A DNA stretch of 64,000 bases from Paraspadella gotoi. Its lineage: Eukaryota > Animalia > Chaetognatha. A program made the translations under genes and the position numbers. The first letter of the stretch is position 1. Every line of letters starts with the position of its first letter. The notes beneath the pieces were generated by a model. It was not told where the DNA came from and ran no database searches. It saw only the letters and a program-made list of their open reading frames with translations. The DNA is taken from assembly GCA_051294375.1 (NCBI GenBank), contig CM119266.1, positions 2,099,380-2,163,379 on the forward strand, read 5' to 3'. This document shows positions 53,873 to 64,000 of the stretch, piece after piece.

Positions 53873-55856
53873 CTCTCCTGACACCCAAGTCGGTCTTTCC
53901 GCTTTTACAACCTGATGAAGCAAATTCTTTTTCTATATCGCTTTTTCTCCCTTTTACCCTTATCCTCTTCCTCTTCCTTCTCCTCCTCCTCCTCCTCCTC
54001 CTCCTTGTCAAGGACTCAAGAAAGAAGCGAATTTCCCGATAGGATTGTTGTCGTTGTTGTTGTTTTGATAGCGATTGTTAAGATAACAAGGCGACGCGTC
54101 GCCGGTAACAAATGAATTTACAATTCCTGACTTCGCGCGAGGTATTAGGAAATTATGATTTGTTGAATCATCTTGCATTATCCGTTACAAGAAATATTAT
54201 AACTCGAGTAAAAAGTAATAAGTTAGGATTCCTTCTTTTTGCTCATTATAAAAAATTTACTATTGAATTTCCAAAAAATATGTTAACCCAAAGAGAATAC
54301 TATATTCAAGAATACAAAAAAAGCTTTTATAACTCAGAGGAAAAAAAAGTCTTAGCAACAAGCTCATATACTTGAAACGTAACCTTTTATGAATTTTTTT
54401 TAATCTTTTTTTTTTTAACATTTTGCTAATTAAATGGGAGTAAAGAGTTTATTGGGGTCACTGTTTCGATTGTCGGGTTTCCTCGTCGTCATCGTCTCAT
54501 CTTATTTCCTCTTCGACTATTTCCATCGTCGGCGTAAATACGAGGACAAAGTTCGCCGCGTGCGTCGTATTCTTGACGGGCGACTCGGCCGGCCTCTGGA
54601 ATACTACGACGCCCTCTTGGAGCACGGCCAACTCCGCGGACATTACCTTCTCTCGATCGCCTTCTTTTTCGAGGGCGTGGCGCCGTTGAAGGAGAGTGCG
54701 CTGACGAGGGCGTTGTGGAGGGTGGCGGCTGCCAATCCGATGCTGAGGCTTCGAATCGACGCCTTAGACGGAGAGCAAGATGAGAATGGATTTCCGAAAT
54801 GCGACGATCTTTTATATTTCGTGGAGATGGAAGAGTTTCGTCTTAATTTCGAGGCCCTAGACACGGACAACTGGTTGGGCGTTCTAGAAAAAGACATTTG
54901 CGAGCCTATAGACTCCCGCGTAGGCCCGCTGTGGAGGGTGAAGAAGCTCCAAGGCTCCGTCACCAATAAGAAACACAAAAGTGTTATTATCGGCACCTTT
55001 CATCACGGAATTATCGACAGTAAGTCCCTCATGGTGTTCGGTGATCAACTTGTCAAGGAACTGATCCACCAGCCAGTTGACGACATGCAATCTGCACTCG
55101 CACAGACGTTGCCGACTTTCTACAAAGAGATTGTTGCCGAAGACTTTAGAAAACTACCTTCATTGACACAAGCCATGCTCTACCTCCTCGGCAAGTGGAT
55201 GAAAACCTTTAACGTCATGCCTTTGGCCCCAGCTTGCTCTTTCTTCAACTTCACTCCTCGGCCAGAGAGGCCATCTCAGCCGCCGGGAAGACTTCGCATG
55301 ATCCCTCTTCAACTCAGCGCGAGTGAACTAAACAAAGTGCGACGTCGATGCGATCGCAACCGCTGCAACCTTCGCGCAACTTTGCAGGCGGCCGTCAATT
55401 TCGCTCAGGTCAAAACGCTCAACGAGATTCGCTTGGAAGGAGTCGAACTTCCGGATCCTTTGGAGATCAGAAATTATTTTCTGGACTCTCGCAAATTCTG
55501 GAATCCCTCGGCCGTCGAAACGATTGGCTATGAGATGTGGACGCCCTGGATTTGGTTTAGAACTCAGGTTGGGGGGATTCTGGAGATCTGGTCACTCGCG
55601 AGAAAATCTTATAACTGTCGGCACACCCGATCCATAGACCTTTTCCGCGTTCATACGATACTCAACTTTTTCTACCGGATTTTTCCGGATTGGTTAATGC
55701 GAAACAATCGACCGAATGTCTACCACATCGACAACGCTTTGATGGACTTGGGCGTTTTCTTTGACGGGCGAGCGGAGCGATGGCCGATCGATATTGTAGG
55801 CGCCTACGCTTCACGTAATGGGGCGCGATCCGACCACTGCTTCGTGCATTGCGTCT
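48928..55856. repeat. ~3.45 kb-arm inverted duplication centred on the N-gap at 52411-52435
   Basis: 48928-52410 is the reverse complement of 52436-55856, with scattered 1-bp indels. Confidence 0.93.
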
Positions 55857-55987
55857 TCTCTATCCGCGGCCGGCTCTTCTGGACGATCTCCTTCGACGAG
55901 TGCGTGTTCTCGGCCGAGCTGGGGGCAGCCTTTGCGGAGAACGTGGAGGCGATGTTGCGGAAAATTGTTAAGGGGAGGAGTGGTTGA
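54434..55987 (+). CDS. Intronless 517-aa condensation-domain / CoA-dependent acyltransferase-fold protein (alcohol acetyltransferase/PapA5-like) with an N-terminal membrane anchor
   Basis: Long ATG-initiated, non-repetitive ORF. Hydrophobic LSGFLVVIVSSYFLF; ALWRVAAANPMLRLRI (cf. AL..L..RHP.LR..I); GPLWRV; active-site-like FHHGIIDS (HHxxxDG); C-terminal SIRGRLFWTISFD...FAENV. AATAAA at ~56261. Confidence 0.85.
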   Translation: MGVKSLLGSLFRLSGFLVVIVSSYFLFDYFHRRRKYEDKVRRVRRILDGRLGRPLEYYDALLEHGQLRGHYLLSIAFFFEGVAPLKESALTRALWRVAAANPMLRLRIDALDGEQDENGFPKCDDLLYFVEMEEFRLNFEALDTDNWLGVLEKDICEPIDSRVGPLWRVKKLQGSVTNKKHKSVIIGTFHHGIIDSKSLMVFGDQLVKELIHQPVDDMQSALAQTLPTFYKEIVAEDFRKLPSLTQAMLYLLGKWMKTFNVMPLAPACSFFNFTPRPERPSQPPGRLRMIPLQLSASELNKVRRRCDRNRCNLRATLQAAVNFAQVKTLNEIRLEGVELPDPLEIRNYFLDSRKFWNPSAVETIGYEMWTPWIWFRTQVGGILEIWSLARKSYNCRHTRSIDLFRVHTILNFFYRIFPDWLMRNNRPNVYHIDNALMDLGVFFDGRAERWPIDIVGAYASRNGARSDHCFVHCVFSIRGRLFWTISFDECVFSAELGAAFAENVEAMLRKIVKGRSG

Positions 55988-56528
55988 TCTCAATGTCGGA
56001 CGTGATAGCATAGAGGGGAAACGATCCTATAACTAAAACGCGACTGAATTCCGGTGATTAANNNNNNNNNNACGATCCTATAACTAAAACGCGACGGAAT
56101 TCCGGTGATTAAACCTTAATTTTTTTTAATTATTGTGGTAATTATTTAATATGTAAAAGTAAAACACTGAACACATGACTTTTGCATTTGTCAATCACTT
56201 AGATTTAATGAAATCTAGGAAGGAGCTGCGCAAGACCTATTTGTTGTTTTATTACGGATAAAATAAAATCTGCTATGTCATTATCTTGTAAGGGTGATGG
56301 AGGCCTTAAACCACCAAAGCCTGTCCAAAGTCAGGGGCAGTAGCTTATTTATCAAATGAATGGATAATTTTTAAATTGGTTATACTAATTTCATTAATTA
56401 ATTATAAATTTAAAAGTAAAAATAACAGCGCTAGCTTTGAGGAAATTAGAAATTGAAAATGAATATTTGTAAGCACCTTGTAAAGAGCCGAAATCTATTG
56501 ATAGATTGAAACTTATTTAATTTTCTTT

Positions 56529-56579
<51 letters not shown>

Positions 56580-57281
56580 ACAATACTTCGAAATATATTT
56601 CACTCGCAGAAATGATTGGATCATTTTGGCGAAATCAATGGACCCGTTCGTCATCTGCGTCAAAACAAAGATCCGCGTCATGTTTGTTGTAGACTACGTC
56701 AACTGACATCGAAACAGCTGCGCCACGCAACATCTGTTTGCGCAGGGCCTTTAATTTCTTCTCATTAACTCTTCCATTACGTTGGAAAATTCGAGATGAA
56801 AGGATTTCATTCATGAAAGGAATTTGTTGGATTTTTTTTAATAATCGAAGCTTTTGAAAAGTTGTTTTTATTTACAGAATATTTAAATAAGCCTCAGGCT
56901 GATATTTCAGTAAAATTTCTTGAAAGAAATAGTCAATGATGCAGATACTGATATTTTTTCGTGCCCATTCGCTATGCTCTTCATTATTTTTTTCGACGCC
57001 CGAGTTAATTTCATCTTTTTTCTTTCTTTATTTGCTAATATTATTAAGTCGCCAAATGCCGATGTAACGGGTTATTATTGCGAGTAGGCGATCGCCCTTC
57101 CAAAAATGTCGGTCTACCTTTTTTGGTCCGAAAACTCCATTTGACATTTTCCACCAAAAATATTTTCTTTTTTTTTCTTCTCTTTCTTTTTTTTTTTTTT
57201 TTTTGTTTCTCCCTTTTCTTTTTATTTGCTCCTCGGTTTACATCTTTTATTTTCTTTCAAGATTATTACCCTCTCCAGGTT

Positions 57282-57327
<46 letters not shown>

Positions 57328-57961
57328 TCTCTCTCTCTCAACCGCAACAAATGGGTTTTGCTTCGATCAAAAAAATCCTATTCTGAGGAAACATTAAAAG
57401 GAAAAAAATGAAAAATTGTTTATAATAAAAAAAGGGAAATCAAGAAATGATAGATGGCTCTGTAACACGAAGAAAATTCCCGCGCATTTTTATTATTTTT
57501 CTTTTTTTTTTGGACAAAAATGAAAATTTTCTTTCGTCGCTTAACCACATGGGATCTGGGAAGGGGTGTGGAAGGGTGAGTGGTTTCGGAAGGGGCTGAG
57601 GGTCGAAAGGAGGTAAGCATATAGCGAGGTGGAGGAAGAAGGTATGGCTTAAATGTGAGCTGACGTGGCACACTAGTTTTCTTGATGGTAAGTGATGTGG
57701 ATTAATCTGGTGTGGCTTGTTATAATTTGGACATCAATTAAGTCCCAATTTAAGTTGAGAATTGGGGGAGGAAAAAAGAAAATTACTGAGCCTTCGCAAA
57801 AAATAAAGTTTTATCGGTAAAGCCCGGTAGTTGTATCATCATCTGTAATAATCTCTCTTTCTTCTTAAGAAATGAGTCCCTCGAAAAACGAAGACATCTG
57901 TTTTAGAGCGAAAAGAAAATTGTAAAGTGAGTTAATTTTGAGCGAGACTCCGTGAGAAGGT

Positions 57962-58040
<79 letters not shown>

Positions 58041-58299
58041 GCATCTGTGCAAAGTAAGCGATGGGTGGGCCGACCGCATCGCAAGTGGGTGGGCTGCCGC
58101 AGCGGCGATTCTTTTCAAAAAAACTATTTCTCTTCTTCTTTTTTTTTAATAAATCGAATATTAAGTTAAAAGAATTCGTTTTGAGGATGGAAATATGTAT
58201 TTCTGAGGGTTTTTTTCTTTCATTATCTTCCCTGCGATAAGAGCGCTATTCTTCTTTCTCTCCTTCTCTCTCTCCTCTCCTTCTCTCTCTTCTTCTTCT

Positions 58300-58341
<42 letters not shown>

Positions 58342-58618
58342 ACTCGCCGATCGATTCTTTATTACGGAGTTGTAAAGCAGAAATAATAACTCTTGCTGGA
58401 ATCCCTCTTTGCTTATCAGGTCACTGGTAGGTAGGTTTACTTAAAGAATTTGATCTTCGTTTCCAGATAAATAGCTGCTGTGGACATGCATCTTCGACCA
58501 GTGGAAAGCATTCAGTATGTAGAAACTGCCCTTATATAACCCAATAAAACGAAGGGTTTTTGAGCGGCGTACTACTAATACGTAATGCATAATACGTAAT
58601 ACGTAATAATAATACACA

Positions 58619-58651
<33 letters not shown>

Positions 58652-58707
58652 TCTCTCTTCTCTCTCTCTCTTCTCTCTCTCTCTCTTCTCTATCTTTAGT
58701 AATTCTG

Positions 58708-58747
58708 CCACTGATGACGACTTAACCAACAAAGTCGAAATATCTGG
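58708..58747 (+). ncRNA. Minimal type I hammerhead ribozyme candidate
   Basis: CCA-CTGATGA-C-GACTT-AACCAACA-AAGTC-GAAA-TATC-TGG: intact core, 5-bp helix II, helix I CCA/TGG, AUC cleavage triplet and palindromic ATAT mini-helix III. Confidence 0.7.
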
Positions 58748-59133
58748 AAAAAAAAATTTCTTTGGTCCTGTTACACCGTTTCTCCATCATGAAAATATAT
58801 TCGTATAATTAATACAGTACTTATTTTTATATCTTTCTCTGTCTTTTTCTCTCTCTCTTTCTCTTTGTATCTGTTACTTACTTAAAAAAAAATTGGCCTT
58901 GCTTTTGCTAATATAGACCCGTACTGCTTTTCTTTTTTTTACTTTCTTGTATTAATCAGCGACAATGGATTATGATTGGCTAATTAAAACCCTAATTATT
59001 TGTCGCTCCAAACTCTCTCTCAAAATTTATTTTCGAATCGGGGCTGAGAAAATATTGGATTAAATCCTGATTGAATAGCGTTTATTGGTCTAATAAGGTC
59101 GTTTGACTGAATGACAGAAAAAAAAAGTGAGAA

Positions 59134-59168
<35 letters not shown>

Positions 59169-59289
59169 AAGAGAGAGAGAGAAAGCTATATATATATTAG
59201 AGCGTAGTGAAAGTCACGTATGAAAATTCTAATTGTCAATTTATAAAAAAAAATAATAATATATTTTTTAATTTTCGCATTAGGCTATA

Positions 59290-59620
59290 TTTATAAATAG
59301 TACTATCCTTAAAAAATCCTAAAATTTCAAATGGACTTTTCTTAATTTTGATGTCCGATTTGAATTCCTCGTCAAAATTTTATTAAAAATTAAAAAAACT
59401 ATATTTAATATACAAACATTTAATTTTCAGATTAAAATATATGTTTTTCTAATTTTTTTCCCAACTTAATGTAAGAATTTTTAAAGAGTTATATTTCTTT
59501 TTATAAACCTTTTATGACGAATCCAAATCTGCAAAAAAAAATCTGATAAAAAACCATTTTGAAATTTTAACATTAATATGGTTAGTACCATAAATAAATA
59601 TAGCCTACTGCGTAAATTGC
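59290..59620. mobile_element. Palindromic MITE related to 18918-19283
   Basis: TAGGCTATATTTAT...AAAATTTCAAATGG is inverted against CCATTTTGAAATTTT...ATAAATATAGCCTA. Confidence 0.7.
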
Positions 59621-59709
59621 AAAAATTATAATAGATTTTTTTAGACATTGTAATTTTTCTCTCTTTTCGTTGCGAGTTTGAATTGAAGGAAATATTGTGC
59701 TTGTGCTTA

Positions 59710-61314
59710 TGCTTATTAAGCACAAAGAAGGCGGCTCATTGGAATTTTCTGTGTATCGCAAAGCAACTCATACTGAACAATACATTCCCTTTGATTCGCA
59801 TGCTCCCTTGTCGCACAAACTCGCCACGATCAGATTCCTTACCAGAAGAGCCCTACTGATTCCGTCGACCCCCGAGCTCCAGGCCGCCGAGCTTGAGCAT
59901 GTCAAAAGAGCCCTGGCGCTCAATGGTTACCCTCTGTAAGCTTTCGAGAAAGCCAGGTTCCGGCAGAACCTGGCTGAGGACAGTGGCCACCAAGGGGCTG
60001 CCCAAGTAGCTGCTGACGCAAGTTCAACCTCCACAAGAAGAACGAGGCCTTGCACCCACCACAGCGCAACTGGGAGATAAGCAGAAGCGTCTCAAGACCG
60101 TAGGTCACCTGTCCCTGCCCTACCACCAGGGGATCACTGAAGCTCTGGTGCGGGCGCTAGTAAAGCAGGGGATCTCCAATTCAGTGACGACCCGCGGTTC
60201 TCTACTTGAGCAACTGGTGAAACCGAAAGACAAAATCCCAAGACCGAAAACATCAGGAGCCGTCTATTGAGCGGCCTGTGCAGGGAAGGGCAACCAACCC
60301 TGTGCAGCAGCATACGTAGGCAAGACCGGGAAGTCTCTCTCAGATCGGTTCAAACAGTACATAAAGCCGTATCGTGACAAACGTGGTCACTTCCTATCAG
60401 CTATTGCCAAGCATTTGGCATATTCTGGCCATCTGTTTAGAGAGTCCGACTGCCTTGCGCTGTCCCATGACCAAAATTGGTTTTCAAGAGATATTAGAGA
60501 GGCAATCTATATCAAAGCCCTCGAGCCCTCTCTGAACCGTGATGGAGGACGATTCGACCTCCCTCCAAGTAATGATTCGCTAATCAAAATGGTGGTGGAA
60601 CACCCAGTGCCACCCCAAACGAACAGTGATTCCCCTGTCCAAACTCAACGGGTCAGGCGGAGGCCTCCCGGCAGGCAATGGACGTCCGATGCCTCTCCCG
60701 AGACTGTAGCAACCTGGCGCGACTCTTCTCGCGCTGAGCGCTGCCCAAAATGACGGATACAGGAAGAGGGAGAGGAGTCTGTATCTCCTGCACCAAAACA
60801 GGCCAGATCAGGCAACCACCCACCTCACCGTCAGGTGAGAGGAGGGCCTTCGGCAGGCTTAGCAGGCCAGAGAGATTTTCGAGATGCACTTGGTATTTTC
60901 CCAGGCGAGTCTTTACCTGACCCTAAGATTTCCCACTCTACAACATTATCTTCACAATCTATGTCAAGCCAATGTCCCGATCACATCGTCAGCGTCAGCG
61001 TCCCGGGGGGGGCGGCAGCTCATTTTGAGCTCTTTCTTCTCTTTAATTTCACTAAACTCTTGCCTTATCTATCCCTCACCACTCATCACTCTATTTCATT
61101 TTTCACTTATTACTCATTAACTTATTTAACTTTGTTACCTCAAAATTTCAGTTTAATTCTAAGTTTTTCTAAATTTTATCTTTGTTGTACATTTCATTTC
61201 ACATTTCACCATTTCAAACTAACTTCTACTTCTTCCTTGTCCTTACCTTCACCTGTCCTCTCATCTGACCACTATCCTTTACTCAGCTCTTTGTTGGTAA
61301 CTCTCCCTCAATTT

Positions 61315-61405
<91 letters not shown>

Positions 61406-61530
61406 ACTCGATGTATAGAGAAATCTTTGTTCAAGATACCAAATGCTGATGAAGGCTCGAATTAAAGAGCCGAAACATGTACTGTTTTAATAAAAATAAA
61501 AATCGTTGTCTCTGCAATTAAAAATATTTC
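59710..61530 (+). mobile_element. Penelope-like retroelement, 5'-truncated and decayed (RT thumb, GIY-YIG endonuclease, 3' pseudo-LTR region)
   Basis: FSVYRKATHTEQYIPFDSHAPLSHK...LNGYP; LPYHQGITEAL; KPKDKIP...SGAVY*AAC...C.AAYVGKTG; SAIAKHL..SGH; REAIYI...EPSLNRDGG. Stops at ~59937 and ~60268 plus a frameshift. Confidence 0.93.
61441..61487 (+). ncRNA. Minimal hammerhead ribozyme in the Penelope 3' region
   Basis: CTGATGA-A-GGCTC-GAATTAAA-GAGCC-GAAA-CATGTA: perfect 5-bp helix II, palindromic ACATGT helix III and GUA cleavage triplet (cut after 61481). Helix I is imperfect. AATAAA follows. Confidence 0.85.
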
Positions 61531-61799
61531 CTTAAATAAATTTTTTTATACATTAATTTCATTAGTACAACTTTGTTCATTCCTCACTTTTAGAATTTTA
61601 ATTTAAGTTAAATTTAAACTTTTTACTACGCGTTAATATATATAATACGATTGTTTGTCAGAATGAGACAGTTTTGTTATAAGGTCTTTAGACTAAATGA
61701 GAGAGTGAGAAAGTGAGTAAGAGAGAGATAGATATATATATATATGATAATATTTGTTTAGTAAATAAAAGACAGTTTTGTAATAAGGTCTTTAGACTG

Positions 61800-61847
<48 letters not shown>

Positions 61848-62763
61848 GGAAGTTAATTCCTGAAATTTTTGACTTTATCTTTATTTTCAGTATTTTTTAA
61901 TTAAATCAAATAAGGGTGGCCACGGAAAATATTGAATAATGTGAATATTTATTTAAAAGACAGTCATTTTCAGTCAACTCCGACAAGACTTCACCGGGAA
62001 AAATGAAAGTGAAATTTTATTTATTATAATTATTTATACGAATAATATTATTTATAAATGGTTTCGTTTGTATTCTTCTCTATGATTTTTTTTTAATGAA
62101 ACCGATTTTTTACGTTATCGTTAGGTGTAATTTTTAAGGCGATTTCAATGATCGCTAACCAGGATCAATACATTATAATGAATTTATAAAACTATAAAAA
62201 ATGTTATAATAACTGATAGTTATTTTGTTTCGACTGAAGTCAGATAATCAATAAATCATTTAATTGATAGTAATAAAGTAATAATCGATTAATTGAGCAC
62301 TTTATTGACAATTTAATAATTAATCAATTATTCAATAAATCAACTTATTAATCATTACATTAACCTTGTCATCGTTTCAATTTTTATGGAAACAAATAAT
62401 CTTAATTATCTAAATTATTATTATTAGCCCCAAAAGTTAGAAATATACAGACATCGTATAAAAATATAGTAAGTCGCCTCAAATTTTATTAAATATTGAA
62501 TGAATTATACAATTTATAAAAGTTTATTATATGTAATTGGGAATTTAAACAAGCAAGCTACTTAATTTTTTTATCTTATGCATAAATCTCTATAAATGTT
62601 TTAATTCCTATTTTTGCTAGGAAAAAGATGTATTCAAGCACTAGTTTAAATGCTATTGTCTTATTTTTATTAGTATAAATGCTATATAAACTATATATTT
62701 ATAAAATATACATGCTAAAAAACATAATATTATGGTGGACTAAAATCTACCAACCGTTCATCA

Positions 62764-62836
62764 GCGGCCATTGGTGCCGGAGGCAAGTCATTCGCCTCCC
62801 AACCCAAAGGTCCAGGGTTCTAGCCCGGTGGCCGCC
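62764..62836 (+). other. tRNA-derived (Gly-like) Pol III head, SINE-type or tRNA pseudogene
   Basis: Acceptor-like stem GCGGCCA/TGGCCGC, A-box-like TGGTGCCGGAGG, B-box-like GGTTCTAGCCC and loop CTCCCAA. The anticodon stem is imperfect, so this is not a functional tRNA. Confidence 0.75.
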
Positions 62837-62837
62837 T

Positions 62838-62913
62838 AGCAGTTAAGAGGGACGGGGCGCTTAACCCGCCTGTAATATAGTGTTACAGCCTGATCCGAAG
62901 CTCAGGGACTGCT
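62838..62913 (+). ncRNA. Twister ribozyme candidate, type-P5 permutation
   Basis: P5 AGCAGTT/GACTGCT; AA; P2 GAGG with CC-C; G62851, A62852; T1 CGG(62853-55) with CCG(62895-97); cleavage-site TAA 62862-64; T2 GC(62868-69) with GC(62900-01); P3 CTGTAATA/TGTTACAG; P4 CCTGA/TCAGG; L4 TCCGAAGC. Confidence 0.72.
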
Positions 62914-64000
62914 TATATTGAACGGTTCTGTCATTAACATATATCAATAATCATTCTCTTCAATATTTAATTATTTCTTACATTACAATAATAAAACTCT
63001 TTAAAATTACGCGAATAAAGAGCGTCAACGTTATCTGACAAATTTGATCTTAAGCTAATTTGTATAATTTAGCAGCCAGATGAAAATCGACCGGGATCTC
63101 TGATCTTGAGAATTTCAAATCGAATATAACGTGCTCACTATCGCGTTTTCAATTTAAATTTTTTATCTGAAAGCTGAGATTAAACTGGTTCTAGAAATGT
63201 TACCGGTTTTACTCCGAATTTGTCCAATCTCAAATTATTAGGATCTAAAAACATTTTAAAGAATCTGTCTTTATAAGTAGAACTACATTTTTGTATCTTT
63301 ATTTTTAAGAAATAATCCGTTTTAAAGTACTAATTTATTAATATTTTTTTTAAAAAAATTATCTAATTTTTATTTATAATTCAATAACAAAAAATCGTAA
63401 AAACTTGGGAGAGGTCACAAATTAAAGCTTATGTTTTGTAGATAATGTATAAACATTCAAATTGTAAGCACGCACACAAAAATAATAAATAAATATTATT
63501 TCAATTTGTTTTTAAGATTTAACAATTCATAGCTGCTGAACAAAATTAAAAAACTTACCTATTTATGCTTATAGAAAGCCCAAAGTTTACTCTAGAGTAT
63601 TTAGTCTTTTTTATAAATTATTTTACATTATTTTCAAAGTTATAAAGGGAAAAACAAAAAATGTCACTTAAAAATGCCGAGAATTCGGTTTTCTAAACAT
63701 CAATAATTGGAAAATTATTTTTAGGATTTTTAAAAATAAAGTATGTAAAATGAAGTATTTTTCCGCTCTTTGAGTTGACGCAGGTTAAATTTGATTCCGA
63801 CCGATATTTTTTAAGATATCTATCATTTTTAATGAAAAAAACCGTTTTTTGCAAATTTTGAAGAGTTTCAAGCACTTATTAATCGATTTTTCAAAAAACA
63901 AAGATGGAAAAAAATTAGTAACATATAGGGGACTAATTTGTACTATAGTGCTAAATTCTGTAAAAAAGTTTGAAAAATTTGCTAAGGCCTAATACATATG

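Noticed and set aside
56021-56111. 40-bp direct repeat after the acyltransferase gene
   Set aside because: It straddles a 10-N gap, the same contig-overlap pattern seen at 25237 and 41878.
60835-61449. 204-aa ORF in the Penelope 3' region
   Set aside because: Non-ATG start, pyrimidine-rich and running through a (CT)n tract; no domain.
62764-62836. Functional tRNA-Gly(CCC) gene
   Set aside because: The anticodon and D stems pair poorly, the B box is altered, and no T-run terminator follows; better explained as a SINE-type head.

Overview
AT-rich, microsatellite-rich ((GA)n/(CT)n, (GAC)n) genomic DNA from an intron-containing eukaryote, almost certainly an invertebrate animal, in a draft assembly with N-gaps and indel-rich stretches. 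Most ORFs in the supplied track are low-complexity noise. Genes I can support: two tandem 9-exon DEG/ENaC channel genes (A 11474-15416 with two lesions; B 16859-20463 intact); a GT10 alpha-1,3/4-fucosyltransferase; an error-rich second copy of the ~10.6 kb block carrying ENaC-B and the fucosyltransferase; exon 1 of an Mnx/HB9-type homeobox gene; and an intronless, membrane-anchored condensation-domain/CoA-acyltransferase gene with an inverted, error-rich copy. Mobile DNA: a Ty3/Gypsy remnant with its 3' LTR, a decayed Penelope-like element with a hammerhead ribozyme, palindromic MITEs and retroposed tRNA fragments. The most interesting signal is at 62752-62927, where a tRNA-like Pol III head is fused directly to a circularly permuted (P5-type) twister-ribozyme-like fold with compensatory pseudoknot changes, and a 9-bp inverted repeat encloses the unit. 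All calls come from reading the sequence by eye; no searches or folding programs were run.
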